Assembly (NCBI RefSeq): GCF_009914755.1
Contig: NC_060930.1
From: the human T2T-CHM13v2.0 reference genome, Homo sapiens
Reading direction: 5' to 3' (one strand)
DNA: 64,000 bases
Shown one piece after another: positions 1 through 15,506 of this stretch (the stretch's first letter is position 1; each line of letters starts with the position of its first letter). The notes beneath the pieces were generated by a model, which was given only the letters and a program-made list of their open reading frames with translations, searched no databases and was not told the DNA's origin. The translations under genes and the position numbers were made by a program.

Positions 1-659
1 TACAGTAATTTAAGGGAGACATGATGGAAAGGGGATGTAAGGGTCATTATGGCAAACAAAACAAAATAAAACAAGACAAAACAAAACAAAAAAACTCTGC
101 AGCTCTTAGTAACTGATTAGGTGTGGAGAAGAAGCGAATAACTACTTTGAAGAATGTGGTAGTATAAGAAATACTTAAGTCAGTATAGTCCAAAGTCTTT
201 ATCTAATAGTTTATACTATCTTCCCCAAGAGCTATTCATTATAAACATTCTTATAAATACATTACCAAAATAAGGCAAAGTTCTTTATATTAGTTTTACA
301 TGATTAATAATTCTCGTTTAGAGTTCCCCATACATAGCTAACAGGTTAGCATCTTTATTTTTTCTTCCTTGACCTTGAGGTAACACCCTAACCTACATAC
401 CACATCACAGCTACACACATGCTTTCATCCATAATGTTCAATAACCAGCTGCGGTGCTCAGAACCTAATAGGTTACACTATTAGTTCTCTATGAAGGAAT
501 ATCCAGAACAAAACAAAGTCAAGTAGGCCCAAAGGAAAAAAGAAATGTATAACCTTAATAGGTACACATACATTTTAAAGATAATTATTATAGATATTAT
601 CAAAATTAGAATGTGAAATATTAAACAAATACTTTCTAATTAAAACCCTTAAAAAACGG

Positions 660-1566
660 GCATCACCCCTGACTCCCTTCTCTCTCTGTCTCTCTCAAAC
701 TATCAAGCAAATACTATTGGCTCTACCTTCAAAATATATCCAGATCCTGACCACTTTTTGCCACTGCCACTACCACCATAAGCTCTCCCTTGGATTATTG
801 CAAAACGCTTCTGTCAACCTGCTTTTACCCTTGGCTCATTATGATCTGTATCACAGGTAGGCAAACTATGGCACGCAGGGCAAATCAAGCCTATCATTTG
901 TAAGTTTTATTGAAACATAGCTACAGCCATCCCTTAAGTAATGTCTATGGCAGTTTTCATGCTGCAATGGAAGAGCTGAGTGGTTATCATAGACTACTGC
1001 ATGACCCACAAAGCCTGAAATATTTACTATCTGGCTATTTACAGAAAAAAGTTTCCAAGCCTTGGTCTATATACAACACAGTAGTCAGAGTGATCCTGTG
1101 AGAACATAAGTCACATCATGCCATTCCTCTGTTGACAATCTTCCAGATACTTTTCATTTGAAAGTAAAAGCTGATGTCCTTAAAATTATCTGCTTGCTAT
1201 TCCTCTACCTCCTCAAGCATACTCCTGCTGTGTACTTGCTGTTAACACTATCTACAATACTCCTCTCCAGATACTGTGTTTGCTCTTCACTTCTTTAAAG
1301 TCATGTCACCTTCCCAGTAAGAATTCCCTTTCTCCTGTACCTAAAATTTCAAACCATTCCTCCTTCTGAACACCAGTTAATCTCCTTTGGCACTTTATTT
1401 TTCTCCATAATACTTGTCACCTGACATATTTATTTGTCTGTCCCCTTATATTAAGTAAGCTCCATGGGGACAGGGATACTAGAGTGTTTTGTTCACTGCT
1501 GTATCCCTAGCACCTAGAATAGTACCTAGCACAGAGCAGACATCAACAAATATTTGTTAAATGAAA
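660..1566 (+). mobile_element. L2 3' region (interrupted by MER58A)
   Basis: Ends TTTGTTCACTGCTGTATCCCTAGCACCTAGAATAGTACCTAGCAC...AAATATTTGTTAAATGAA, the typical L2 3' terminus. Confidence 0.75.
854..1064. mobile_element. MER58A (hAT-Charlie)
   Basis: GGCAAACTATGGC...AAATATTTACTATCTGGC...TTTACAGAAAAAAGTTT. Confidence 0.8.
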
Positions 1567-4500
1567 AAGCACAAGAATAATAGATAAGTAAAATTAAATG
1601 ACCTATGTAATACTGGAAATTAAGACATTTATAAATTTATCTTAGAATTTCACGACTAACAGGATTGTGGTTCTCCGTATTACTAAAGAAGATATGTCAA
1701 TATATTCGAAAGGTGACTGAAATGCAACACAGTCATTACTTAATATTGTATTCCACAAATAAAGAGGGTAACTTTCTAAATAAAGCTATCAAAATTATCA
1801 AAATTCTAGTAGAGTTGATGACTTATATTAATCTTATAAGCTAAATCTAACTATCCTTAACTTTCTCACCCTCACTACCAAATTTTCAGACCATAAAACA
1901 AAAGGACCACGTAGTTTTTTTTAAAGGTCTCTGCCCCATGTTCTTCCGTCTAAAGAACCAGATGACCTACATTCTCCTGAAGAGGGTTATGTTCTTAGTT
2001 ATATACTTTCAGAAATCTAAAGCTTAATATGGGGTAGGAAGTGTGAAGTAGATAGTCCATATTCAAACCTGCTTTTTAAATTAAGACAGGAGCAATCTAG
2101 CACCATTTCATTTTGCATTATATTTAGGGACTACCATTAGGCTCACAGTACCACAGAAGGTATTAACGAAGATATTAGGAGACTGTCATCACAAAGCATC
2201 AATGTCACTTTTTATTTCACCCTTTAAGACTTAGTTTCTAGTGAAATTGCTTGACCAGCTTCATTTTAGTCTGTTAAAATTGGCTGTTCTTAACATGAAC
2301 ATTTTAACTTTAATTGGATAAATCCAACATCAGGTATCAACTAGTGTAGTAATTCTTTTAATAACATCAGTTTTAAACAAAAGTAAGCCTCTCTGGCAAA
2401 ACACATTCTTTATGTATTTGTATTTATTTATTTAGCTCACAGGCCAAAGTTTGAAGGGCAGAGATTTTTTTTTTTTTTCACTTAAATCCATTGTTAGTGA
2501 CAATGTAAGTGTTTAAACAGTATTGCTTTAGGAATCTCAGAAGTTCAAGTAGAAAGACATATTCCATATTCTGGGAAAAGACGGTACAAAGACTTTAAGA
2601 ATTTAATTTTTTAAAAGTTTCAGTAACTACCTTCAGTTACCTTCAGTTAACTACCTACCTACTCATACTTTTCAACAAACTGGGAAAAAAGTCTTCTCTA
2701 AAATCAGCATCTACTTGGCAGATGTATGTCATCATTGTGTCTCTCATTGTTTCATCCTTAAAAATGTGTAATACTTTTAATTGCAGAGGTAATAAAAGAT
2801 ATTTATTTAAAAAAAATAAAGTGATTATCTACTTCTTTCCTGAGGCACACAGACTTTCAGATTTTGTTTATGCACGAAAGCATTTAAAAATGAGGTAATA
2901 TATATACTCTTTCACCTACTTTCACGGTGTTTACTTTTCTATGTCAAAACATACAAAGTTAGATCATTACCTTGTATGTATTGCTATTTAAAGTATCTTC
3001 ATTGGTAGATAAATACCCAGTTGGTTCCTTTTGTTTTGCTATTTCTTATGTAAACTTGGTGGGATTTGGATACTAGTTACTAAAATGAGATAAAATATGA
3101 ATCTGGTTTCAAGACTTCTATAAGGGTAAACTACTTTAGGAGACAGAAAAGGAATAGGACAACTCTCCCTATCCCATGACTTGGGGTGGGGGTAGATGAG
3201 AAAAATAAATGGAGGCGAGAAGGAAAGAAGTTCAATCTAAGAATGGAGATTTCATAGCTTGGTCAGACATGCATGTCCATACAGATAAACTAGCAGACAG
3301 TTAAAAAATAAGAAAAGAAAGTTAAGATTCTGAATTCTTGATTTCTTCCCCATATATTATTCAGCATAACTAGCTTATATACTGTCAACTCTCCAAACAA
3401 CATTAAAAAACCTCACTCATCTAGCAAAGCTAAGTTTAGCAGACTGACTTCAGTGAGGAAGAACAAGAAGAGGAAAGACAGAGAAGGATATTTACAAGGT
3501 TTTAGGGTTGGGTGGGCTGGACCACTTTAATCAGCATTTTTCAAGGTGAGAACCTGGTTAGAACTGACAAAATAGTTTTGGATTGGTAAGAATGATGAAA
3601 TGGGAAGTCCTGAAGCAAGTCTTTTTGGGAAATCAGTCTTGATAAATAAGCTATTTTAGTTGTTTCACCATCAAGAGTGAGATTTTCCTAAAGCAAGCAT
3701 ACAACTATGTTTGCTTGTTCTAAGTTTTATTTAGCATAGAGGCATGGAAATATTCCTGCCCCAGAATTGTTTATCAGAGTAATATTATATTGGTGCCAAC
3801 TCTCCCCATTTTATGGGATTAACAAATTTTTAAAATTTATTGATCAGCTTTAAAAATGTTTTAGACTTTATTATGAATTGTTAAAATTAAATCTGGTACT
3901 CTGCAATGATATGCTGGAGTAGACAGGTAAATCTGAAAAATAACGAGAGAGAAAGCAGTAAATTTACAATAGTTCCTCAATATCCATGGGGGATTGGTTC
4001 CAGGAATCACCCTCCCATTCCCACCCTAAGACACCAAAATCCACGGATACTCAAAGCCCCTTACATAGGAGAATAGTATTAGCATACAATGTACTGCGAG
4101 GGTTTCATTCACTCATTCATTCATTTTTTTTTTTTTAAACTAGTTCTTGTCCTCTGCCAATATTTTGAGCTGATCTTATTCCTTTCCTTCAGTTGGCTGG
4201 GTCATAATCTGTGTTGATAATTCTAACACAGATTTTTGCAAGTCTATTTATACTCATTCTCTTGGAGAGTTCTCATCCAGTCTCACAACTTTACTTCCCA
4301 TCTATCCCTGACTAATCCAGTATACATTTTTTCTCCAGAACTCCAGATACAACTTAATTGTCACTCAAGATCTCCACTTGATGTTTAATGAACGACTCAA
4401 ACAAAAATGCTCAAAACTAAACTCTACGTTCTCCCTCAATACATAAATGTAAACAATAGATAGATGGAATAAAGAATACAATTACTTTGCAAAAAGACTC

Positions 4501-4704
4501 AAGAGGAATTAGCCAACAAGAAATCTCCTGAATGCTGTTCAGTAAGATTCCATATGAAATATTAGATTTACAAACAACTTTTGGTAATAAATTCATGCTT
4601 TTAGTTCATGTGGCATTCAGTATGTGGGATTTTTAAAGGTTATTTTTAAATATAAGGTAAAAAAACCCCAAATCAATCCATTTATACTTTTTTAGTTATG
4701 TAAT

Positions 4705-4848
4705 ACAATTAAAGGATTAATGCTTGAGGTAATGGATACCACATTTGCCCTGATGTGATTATTTATTGCATGCCGTTATCAAAATATCTTGTGTACCTCA
4801 TAAATATATATACCTAGTATGTATCTACAAAAATTTAAGAAAAAAATT
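4705..4848 (+). mobile_element. L1MA extreme 3'-end fragment
   Basis: AATGCTTGAGGTAATGGATACC...CCTGATGTGATTAT...AAATATATATACCTAGTATG then A-rich tail. Confidence 0.7.
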
Positions 4849-5657
4849 CCAAACCAAAACCACATTAAGGGATTCTCCTCAGTTAAAAATTTCTTCACTT
4901 AATTCTCTACTTCAGTCCATACAATCCTACTAAAACTGCATTTCCTAACAATTTAAGATTTGCTAGTTGCTAAATTTCTCTTCAAAGCATCAACACTATT
5001 GATCTCTAAACATGATACTTTATTGCATATTATAATGCCATAGTATTCTTTTTCTCTCTCCTCTTCCAAACTCTTATGTCTCCTCCAATAACCCAGGTTT
5101 AGCCTTTCTACCTTTGTTTTTTCTTCATATTGTCTATGACTTTCATTCCTTTATTGCTTCAAACAACCATTTCCATTATATTTAAAAAGCAGCAACGGCC
5201 TCTCTCTCTTTTTTTTTTTTTTTAACAATTTAAAGGACAGATGATGCAATAATGTTTCATTTTCTCACACTCAAACAAAACACAAAAATGTTAAATGTTG
5301 AAAAAAAAAAAACTGGAATCCAGACATTTGCATTAAAAGTCCTAAGTCTTATACTATCTGTGCAACTTTTATCTCTTGGTACCCTAGTTTCTCCATCTGC
5401 AAAAATGATTAAACTAGCTAGATGACCTTTCTAAAGTTTTTTCTTCTTTAACATTCTAGTTCATATTTTTAAAACTGTTTACAACTTATGTGGCTCTTTA
5501 TGGCCTTTATTCCCATATCTATGACTCTCATACAAAAAATGAGGGGATTCTTTAACTTACATAATATTTTAGACAAATGGTTTCAGAAGGATAGGTACTT
5601 GAGATTCTGTGAAAATAAGTCAATGTGCTCACTTGTTACCTAAAGAAAGAAAGCTTG

Positions 5658-5983
<326 letters not shown>

Positions 5984-8900
5984 TTATTTATAGAGACTGT
6001 ATTTTGAATCACCTCTTGATGATGGCCTTTTTTACTCCAGAACTTAAAGTTCAATTACTTTTTAATGTAAGATATCAATACACATTTTACTTATTCTTTC
6101 TTACATTATTATTTACAATAATTCTCATTTTCCCCCTTTGTACTTCCTATTTATATAATTATAAGCCTGCTTTAGCTTTTAATTTTGTCTGCTCATTTGT
6201 TTATAATTCATGTAGTTTGGTACATAGGTTTCCATTTTAGCATTTGCTAAGTTGTCTTAATCATCTGCCCTAGTAACATGGTATCCTCAAGCTAAATCCT
6301 AACCCTATTGGTCATGTGATTATTTTTTAAGGTGCGCTCTCTCTCTCTCTCTCGCTCTCTCTCTCTACATATATACAGTAAGCAAATATGCTTAATCAGA
6401 ATAAAACCACAAAAATCAACTTTGATTTATAGAGATCATTCCATTTCTAGTCACTTTAATGTCCAAATAAGACAACACAAGTTTACAATAACAAAGATAA
6501 AATAATTAAGCAGGGCAGCAGAAATAAAAATTTAGGTTAATGAATTTTTATAAATGATCATTTGGAAACATATTATCTTGCTTCACCCCTAACTGTAGTC
6601 TCCAAATATTCAATAGTGTTGCCACCATTCATTGCTATGGTAACATACCAAATATATTTATGTCCTTATGCCTGGTTAATACAGGTTTTTTTCTCTGCTT
6701 GAAATATCCATATGTTATTTTCTCTTTATTCATTTAGATTTAACTTACTCTTTTGGGTCCACAGAAAGGTTATACTGCCCCCCAGGGCAGAATAAATCAC
6801 CATCTCCTTTTGCTTTACCACAGCATTTTGATTACAATTTCATTACAGCTTGCCATTTATTTTTTCTCTTATTATAATTATTTATTTTCCTATCCAAGTC
6901 CATTAGGCTACATGCTTTTTGAAGGTAAGTGCTGAACATGTGTTTTCTCTGGTACTTTCTCTTTCCCAAAATCAAACCCAGTACTGACAATGTCTTCTAT
7001 TTTTGTCCATTAAGGTATATTGGTCTTTCATCTTCCTATTTTGACTCAAATATTTATAGTTTCCAAATGTACATGGTCTTTTAAATAATTATTTGTTTTA
7101 CATATTGTATTTACATTTACACATAAATTGTCTACATGTAAAGGTCCCCTTGGAATAATAGCAGTAAAATTTAAAACTTGATTCCTAATTTGCTCAGTTG
7201 ACTCACTTTGAACATAAACTATGCATTACCTGTCAGGATGAATTAAGTAATATTGTCATTTTAAGAGAACTTCATAAAAATAGTAAGATAGGTATTCTTT
7301 TTAGGATTACTGCTAAATTATTCTATTCTTTAATGGATTATTTTAAACACAAAGTACTTAAATTATTTTTAGACAAATGACTCATTTGAAACCTAATCAT
7401 TTTAAACACAACTAGGATTCCAGCAATATTTTCTATGTTGAATAAATGTCAGATCGCCTCATATATAAACAATATTAATTTTAAAAGTCTAAAATATGTT
7501 TAATATTGATAAGACAGCAACATATGGATTTTTAGAAATTGCTGCTTTAATATCTCTCCAGGGAGATTAACTTTTCTCAGAAAGAATTTTAATTTTAACA
7601 CTGAAAATTAAAATTTTTGTTTTTAAATCTATAAATCATTCTCTAAAATTCTGTTACTTGCAATGGATACATTGCAAAGGTGCCATCAAATGCCTTATGA
7701 GTTATTTATTATAGTATCATTTAGTCAAATGTTGTCATGAAATATGTTGTAAAGAATAGTGTATACTGCTATACAAGTCCCTCACCATCCCTCATCCTAA
7801 GGGTAGGGATGGGGTGGCATCCCTACCCTTATGTGTCTAATCCAATGTCCTAATCTGGTTATCTTTCTCTACCATTATTATTCACTTAAAAAAACTACCC
7901 TGCCACCCCAAATTTAGTTATACTATTTCTACCTTCCTCTTCTAAGTATGTACTGGCAAATTTAACATTTAGAGATGTGCTATAGAACAAAACAAAGTTG
8001 GGAAAGATAAACCCATAAAACTAAAGGGTATGTTTTTGTATTGCAAAATAACATTTCAAAGAATGAGTCAACTAAAATGTTTAAGAAAAAATATTCAGTA
8101 GTTCAAAGGGAATCATTTTTAACTACTATAAATTAGACTGTAAAAGAAAAATACTGAATCTGATTCATAAAAAAGTTACAGTCAAGTGTATTATTTGATT
8201 AAGTCTTATTGACCTACAATATAAAAAATTCACTCAGTCCAGTAATATCAGGGCATTTTAAAGGCCCCGTTATCAGTTCAACATAATTTTGAAACTACAA
8301 TTTGTTTTTGTTTTACAGCTAATGTTTCAATACTATTGTAACAATTTGAACAACAGAATCTATTTTAGACCTTCAAGGTCATTGACTTCTTAGTTAAAAA
8401 CAAATTACAAACCAATTAAACACTAATTTTTCAATCTGTTTTCATCCAGCTAAATATGCAACTCAAAGCACTTCAACTATCAACCCTACTTGTGATGTAC
8501 GTATACATTTCAAAGTAAAAAATCTTGAACTAACATCATTAACTGGAAAATTCTGTTCTATTTATTTATACTAACAACATTTTACTATTATTTCTTCAGA
8601 CAAAATAAAGTTATCCCCATCAGATGTTTATCCATCTCATCTCTTGATTTTAATCCTTTCTCTCAGTTTTAGTCTCTTCCCTTATTTCCTTACAAATCCT
8701 GGACTCTGTGGTCACTGTTTATTTTCTAACCTTCAAATTGTCCTTTGCTTTCCATCCTTAAATCCCCAATTCTCCTTCAGTTCTTCAATCCATTCCTTCC
8801 CCCAAACAACCTAAGAACTGATGGAGAAAAATTATACAAGTTGTGTAGACTTGTTCAATAAAAATATAAAATTGGTAATTTCACCTCTGTCCCTCGACAT

Positions 8901-9518
8901 ATTTACCTATCATTAACTTACCTTCAGTTAGATCCTTTCCTAATCCCCTTCATAGGCTATCAAAAGCTTTTGCTACTTTCATCAACTGTCTACCCCACAG
9001 CCCGCTTAATTCTCAGTATATGTCCTGAGCTCATCCTTTACAGCCAGTTGAGATAATTATACAGATATGCCACTTCTTGCCTACCCTCAGATGTAACTTG
9101 TTACTATCTGAGGCCATATCCTTGCTTCCTTCTTTGCAATGTACAGAAGGAAATATCCCTCATTCTATCTAAAGCATTCTGTCCTGGATATTAATACCAT
9201 ATTGCGCAGAATTGGATGATACTGGTCTATCATTCATCCTTTCTGACATTTTTCTTCAATCTTTCCTGCTCCACTAGTTCCATCCCATTATCCCTGAAGT
9301 CTCTCCTAACTAAAAGAAAAAAAAAAAGTTCTTGACCCCACACATCTTCTTCATGGAATTAATTTTTATCTCTAACATTAAATTTTTTCTCTTTTTTCAG
9401 CCTTCTTCTCCATACCTTCCTTATCAGCTTGCCCTTAAATAATGATTATCCCGGGTTCCAGTGTCCATTCTCTTCTCACTCTCTACCCTCTGAGTTTCTC
9501 ACATATACAGGAACTCAT

Positions 9519-9811
9519 ATGTACCCCTGAGGGATTGGTTCCAGGACTCTGTTGGAAACCAAAATCCACGAATGCTCAAGTCCCTTACATAAAATGATGT
9601 ACTTATACACATCATCCCACATCTTTTAAATTATCTCTAGATTACTTATAACACCTAATACAATGTAAATGCTATGCAAATAGTTGTTGTATTGCTTTTT
9701 GTGTTTTTTTTAAATTGTTTCTTTGTTATCTTTTATTTTTCCCAAATTATTTCTGACCCAAAGTTGGCTGAATCCATGGATCTGGAACCCATTAATATGG
9801 AGGGCTAACTG
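9519..9811. mobile_element. MER2 (Tigger family)
   Basis: GGGATTGGTTCCAGGAC...ACCAAAATCCAC...GAGGGCTAACTG|TA; a shorter related fragment lies at about 3968-4090. Confidence 0.8.
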
Positions 9812-9872
9812 TATACCCAACTGCTTATGAGACCTCCACCTGAACATTTTTGAGACATCTCAAGTCAACTAA

Positions 9873-10169
<297 letters not shown>

Positions 10170-11626
10170 TGTATTTTTTATCTCAGCTGGTAACACCAAA
10201 ATTAATCAAAGTACTCAGTAACTAGAGTGTCATGCTAGAATCTTCTGTTTCTCTCACCATTGCTCTACAACCAATCAGAAATTCTTTCAATTTACTTCTT
10301 AAATTGCTTTATTTCACACCCTCATGACCACTGTTTAGTTCAGGCTTTCAACTCTCTTGGATTATTTTAGATAGCTCTCCCTCCCCTAAGTGATTTCCAT
10401 AGTCTGGTCTCAATTTCTCAAATCCATTATCTATATAACTGCTATAATTAACTTACTAAAAATAAATCAGATCATAACTTCTACTTTCTTACTTCAAACA
10501 CTTCATTACCTCTTTAGTCACTTTCTAAAGCCTTTTATGATATGACTCATGACTCTGCCTTCCTCCCTCCAACCCCTAAACAAAACCAATGTTTCAAACT
10601 CTCTTGAACACACGCCTGTGCAATTTAAGGTAACTGTTTGTACACTTTATTCTTCTGCCTAGAACAGCCTTCCCTTGATGTGCATACCAGATAACCTTAA
10701 AATGTAGCTCTGCTATCTCTTTCCTGAAACGTTTCTTTTTTGACTACTACTCCACAGTGATCCCCACAAGGCAGAGTTAATTGCGTCTTCCTCTGGCCTA
10801 TCCCTGTACCTTATACTTGTTCCTAATACTCTATTACATTACATAGTTGACCCTGCTATAAAAAAACTCAGAATTTGTGTTTTTCATAATGGTATTCATG
10901 AATGATTCACGCAGAAATACACTATATTTGACACATTACTTTACCATAAAATAAAAGCATGTTGAAGGCAAGATTAGAAAACACTTTTACAAATTTTGAA
11001 AGAATAAATCAGGAATCCTTAATCAGAAATCCTTAATAAGAATACTATAACATTCAAAGAAAAAAAAATCACCTAAACAACTCACATAGAAAAAAAAAAA
11101 AGATACTCTAAAAATACACAGAGGTTAAGAGCACAGAATTTTTGTCAGAGTACACATATAATAATTAACACAATGCCTTGAAAACAACTGTATGTTTTTA
11201 AAGTTAACTGCTACTATAACTAACACTATTATTATTAAATTAAATAACCAGACATGGATGAATTAAAAATTGTTCTAGGTCATAAGTACTTTTGGTCTTG
11301 GTACTAAGAACTGTAGATTCCACCAAACTCCTTTATGTTTTTAAGGAAAAAAAATCACTTAAGAGTGATTTCTTATTATACTAGTAAATGTGATAAATAA
11401 ATAAAATAAATAAAAAATTACTTCCTAAGTAATTTTAATGGTTCTTTCTCTAATGCAAATCCTTTCATCAACAAGAAATTCTACTGAAGAGATTTACCAA
11501 CCTCTACTTGCTAAAAGTTTCCTTCTTACCACGTAGTAAAACAAATGCATCAAATGATTAACACAGCAAAATGCCAGGAAATTCTTTTCCTAAAAAGTTG
11601 TAAGTTCTAAAACAAGCTGTTTTTAC

Positions 11627-11705
11627 CTTCAGGAGCATCTGCATCACATCTCTTTGGCACAGAAAGGGTTGAATTGCCTTTATGATTATCAGAAGTTATA
11701 TTAGT
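11627..11705 (-). CDS. LMBRD1: LMBRD1 coding exon (exon 14, 79 nt): TNITSDNHKGNSTLSVPKRCDADAPE(D)
   Basis: tttttatctttcag|ACTAATATA...CCTGAAG|gtaaaa; two sequons (NIT, NST). Confidence 0.96.
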
Positions 11706-13106
11706 CTGAAAGATAAAAATACAGTTAAAATATAAAAACCGCATTAATAAATACATTTGGATTTAAAAAGTAATCACTATGAACTGTATACTCTGTATAC
11801 TAACTACATCTATCTAACATTCCAAAATGTAAATTTTGTGCAACATTGCTCTTAGAAGAAAAATAATTATGGTAAATTAAACATTAAGGCTTTTTGCAAT
11901 AATCCTTTAGGTCCTGTGTTGAACAACACGGCTTCTTCCCAGAACAAACAAATTCCATTTTTAATACAAAGTATAGCATCTGAAAGGAATGCTATTTTCA
12001 GACTGTGGAACATGCAAAGAATATCTTTTGTCCAAGCAAAAGCATAATCTTCCTTCATTCCTTCACAGAAGGATGTTTAATAAGCATGACCTAGTGAGGT
12101 AGGTGAAGGGGATGAGGCAAGAAGAGAATAAAAAGGTATAAGAAGTGAGAAATATGGTTCAGGTGGTTTTCCAGGATGCTGTTTCCCAAACTCAGGTCAT
12201 TCATGTACCTCCATCATGATCAGTGCTTTATCTGTTTCACCTACATTATAACTAAATATTTTTCAATGAAATAGCCTTTTAACACTCACCAATATTATGG
12301 ATGGTACTGATTGAGGGTTGATAGGTTCGTTAGATTTTTCTTTCTAATTGCATGTTAAAGTAAAGAAAGAATGAAGGAAGAACAGGATAAAAAAGAAATG
12401 ATCTGGGCACACTGATTTAATCATGAAAGACTCCACTAAAGCAATGCTTGATCAGGCCCTGAAACATAAATATGGTTTGAACAGTTAAGAAGTAGAGCAA
12501 AAGGTATTTTTAAAAACGGAAAAAAACTAAACAAAGTTTGAATCAGATATGGTCAGAATATTTTGAATCGTCAGAAAATCCAAACTTACTGTTCTATTAA
12601 AACTAAAAGCCACAGTTCGCTTTTGAGAGATCACCACCACCAATAAATCAGCATATGAGGATACCCATCATGTTAAAAGAATGTATAGTTATCTACATAT
12701 AAAATTTTTATAAAGCCTCTTCTAGGGGATTCATAGTGCCAATGAACGGACATGCTGTGCTCACCAAAATGTTCTTTGGGAGCCATATTATTAAAATTCG
12801 TTAAAACGTTATTTTAGAGGAAGTATTTTGAGTTTTAATAAAGTACTAAGGTAAAGCTCAGTAGCTTAGCACCATGGGACCCATTTAAGAAACTACTGTA
12901 ATGAAATTCTGTGTGCTGTTTCAAAAAAACAACAGTATGAAACAAATATAAATATGCTAAAAATAGAAATAAAAAACCAGTTTTAGCAATATTAAATATA
13001 ATCTGATGAGCTAATATCTTATGCTAACCATCACAATTAAAATTTCATTTTAAATATCACTATCTTTAAAATATCAAAATAATCAAGTTTCAAATATTTC
13101 ACTTAC

Positions 13107-13256
13107 CTCTATTAAGTAATTTTGGCTTCCATACATAACATATTGGGGAGCAAGACTATAAATCATGTAGCTAGTGTGAAGGACAATAAGCAGAAGTATC
13201 ATGCAGAGAAAAAGGAGTGCTTGGGGCCTGGTTCTACCTCTTCTGATTTTATATAA
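13107..13256 (-). CDS. LMBRD1: LMBRD1 coding exon (exon 13, 150 nt): LYKIRRGRTRPQALLFLCMILLLIVLHTSYMIYSLAPQYVMYGSQNYLIE
   Basis: Core of ORF-track entry 13083..13298; cttttctttccag|TTATAT...ATAGAG|gtaagt; phase 0-0. Confidence 0.97.
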
Positions 13257-14464
13257 CTGGAAAGAAAAGAGTGACAAAATTTCAGCAATATATTTCATTT
13301 ATAAAGCATTAAATCCTTTTCTTGTGTTATGGGAAATGATTTACACAGTTCAATCAACCATTATTTTTCTTCCAAAGTAAATACTAAAAGTTCTTAATCA
13401 TCCCAAATAATTTTAAGATTATTCACATGGTCTATTTCCAGAGAAATCTTCTAAACTTATTGTGTAACAGCATCTGTTAGAAGTTCATGGAGCTAACTGT
13501 GAACTACCTCTAGTTCTATCTAAAGATTAGAAGTATGAATTTAAACTACAAGTATCAGTAATATACTATGGTTTTATATAATTTTTTATAATACTGCATA
13601 AGAATAGACAATGTCATGTGTTTATAAACATCTATTTCTATGAAATACTCGTGACCTCCTTATACTTTGCTATAAAAATTAGTTTATGAAAAACTCTGAT
13701 AATCTTACTAAAGAGCTTTTCACATTTATCTATACTAAAGGGAAATGAAAACACATGGTAACTGAAATATAAGGAACCAGGTAACTTGCTTCATTTCAAT
13801 AGCATAGCAAATGCTTTTATTTTAGCAACTTAGGTATCACCTCCCTGTTTTATTACTAGATTGTAGTACACCACAATTGTACTATTGTAGTACAGACTCC
13901 AGTTCTAGATGGGATGACAATAAGATCATTCATAAATTTACATTTCCCAGGTTCTTTCACAGCCAGTAGTGGCCATGTGATAAAATATTAAACATGAAAA
14001 GGAAAGCAGAAGTCTGTTAGGGATTTCTGTAAAAGTCTTGTTTTATTGATATAATTGTTTACCCCTTTCTCCTAACTACCTTTTTCTTCACAGAATATGA
14101 ACAGGATAAAAGGAACTGCAGCAGCCATACTACAATCATGACAGAGATACTCAAAGAATTACAGAGATATTGGATCTGACTTTTTGAGCTACTGAAGCAA
14201 TACTAGATTCTTTTTTTCCATAGCAAGAAATCTTTTATTAGTTCAAGCCACTATTTAACTGAGTTCTCTTTTACCCACAGCTGGAAGTAGTGTCTACCTG
14301 ATACAGCTTCATTTTAAAATTGTTAATTTATCTCAAAATAAGCATTTGAAGAAAATAACCAATGATATGGTAATCTTTACTAATAGGGAGGGCTATCTTT
14401 TGAGCTTCAGTGTATCTATTATATTCGAATGTGTTTCTACTAAGAAATAATATAACTTTTGGAC

Positions 14465-14661
14465 CAGGGTTTCTCAACCATGGAACTATTGACATTTTAG
14501 GCTAGGTAAGTCTGCCCTATGCACTACAGGATTTTTAATAGAATCTCTGGCCCCTACCCACTACATGCCACTAGCATTCCCCAATTATAACAACTAAAAA
14601 TATCTCTAGATATTGCCAAATGTTTCCGGGGGGCAAAATCACCCCCATTTAAGAACCACTG
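14465..14661. mobile_element. MER20 (hAT-Charlie)
   Basis: CAGGGTTTCTCAACC...CTATTGACATTTT...GGGGGCAAAATCACCCCC...AGAACCACTG. Confidence 0.85.
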
Positions 14662-14828
14662 CTCTAGATAAAAAGTACTTTTATGTCAACATGAAGTGAA
14701 AAGGCTAGTATTTCTCTCACTTGTGGTATAAAGATACAGCTACTATATTCTAAATCTAAGATAATTTGTAATTATGGAGATCACACACAAAATGATGAGA
14801 AAAAAATAATACTGTAATATATACTTAC

Positions 14829-14933
14829 TCTAATCCAAAAGAACCATATGCCAATATTTCGAATTCCTGCCATTGAAGTAAAAATAAAGTACATAATAAT
14901 AATTGTTATAAGAATATAATCAAGAGGGAAAAC
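14829..14933 (-). CDS. LMBRD1: LMBRD1 coding exon (exon 12, 105 nt): VFPLDYILITIIIMYFIFTSMAGIRNIGIWFFWIR
   Basis: poly-T then cag|GTTTTCCCT...ATTAGA|gtaagt; phase 0-0. Confidence 0.96.
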
Positions 14934-15506
14934 CTGAAAAAAAAAGATGAAATTAAATTTAACATATAAACTATAAGCACTCTAACAGTCATATAAAATA
15001 AGCTAAAAACTTCATTATTCTCATCCGGCAAATGTTTACAGTATCAACCTTGATTTAGATTAGGCTACTGTGCTTAAAAAAAAATCCTCAAAAAACTAAC
15101 AAGTACCAAACTATTACCAAAATTTTTAATACCATTATCTTAAGAAAAATACTAAAGCAAATTAAACTAAAATTGCATTTATCTATGAGATAAAAGACTT
15201 GATTAAATATTAATACCAAAAATAATTTGGAGAAGGTCACCTCATGTTATATAATATATCCCAAGTCAAATTATGTATAACATAAAAGTCCAGGAATATA
15301 TCAATATGATATTTAAAGCAACATGTCAATGTGTAAATTACAGGCAAATAAAAAGTAAAACTAGAAAATAATATAAGCATATGTCAAACTATTCATAGGT
15401 TTTTAGCATAATAATTTTATGTGCAACAGGATGTCAGAATGTTTGCTAGACTCTAGCATTTTATACTCTAGCAGCTACAGTATAAAATGATTGATATTTT
15501 ACTTAC

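Noticed and set aside
11867-12058. 63-aa minus-strand ORF in intron 13 as an alternative LMBRD1 exon
   Set aside because: No convincing acceptor/donor pair and no similarity to the protein; exons 13 and 14 already join in frame.
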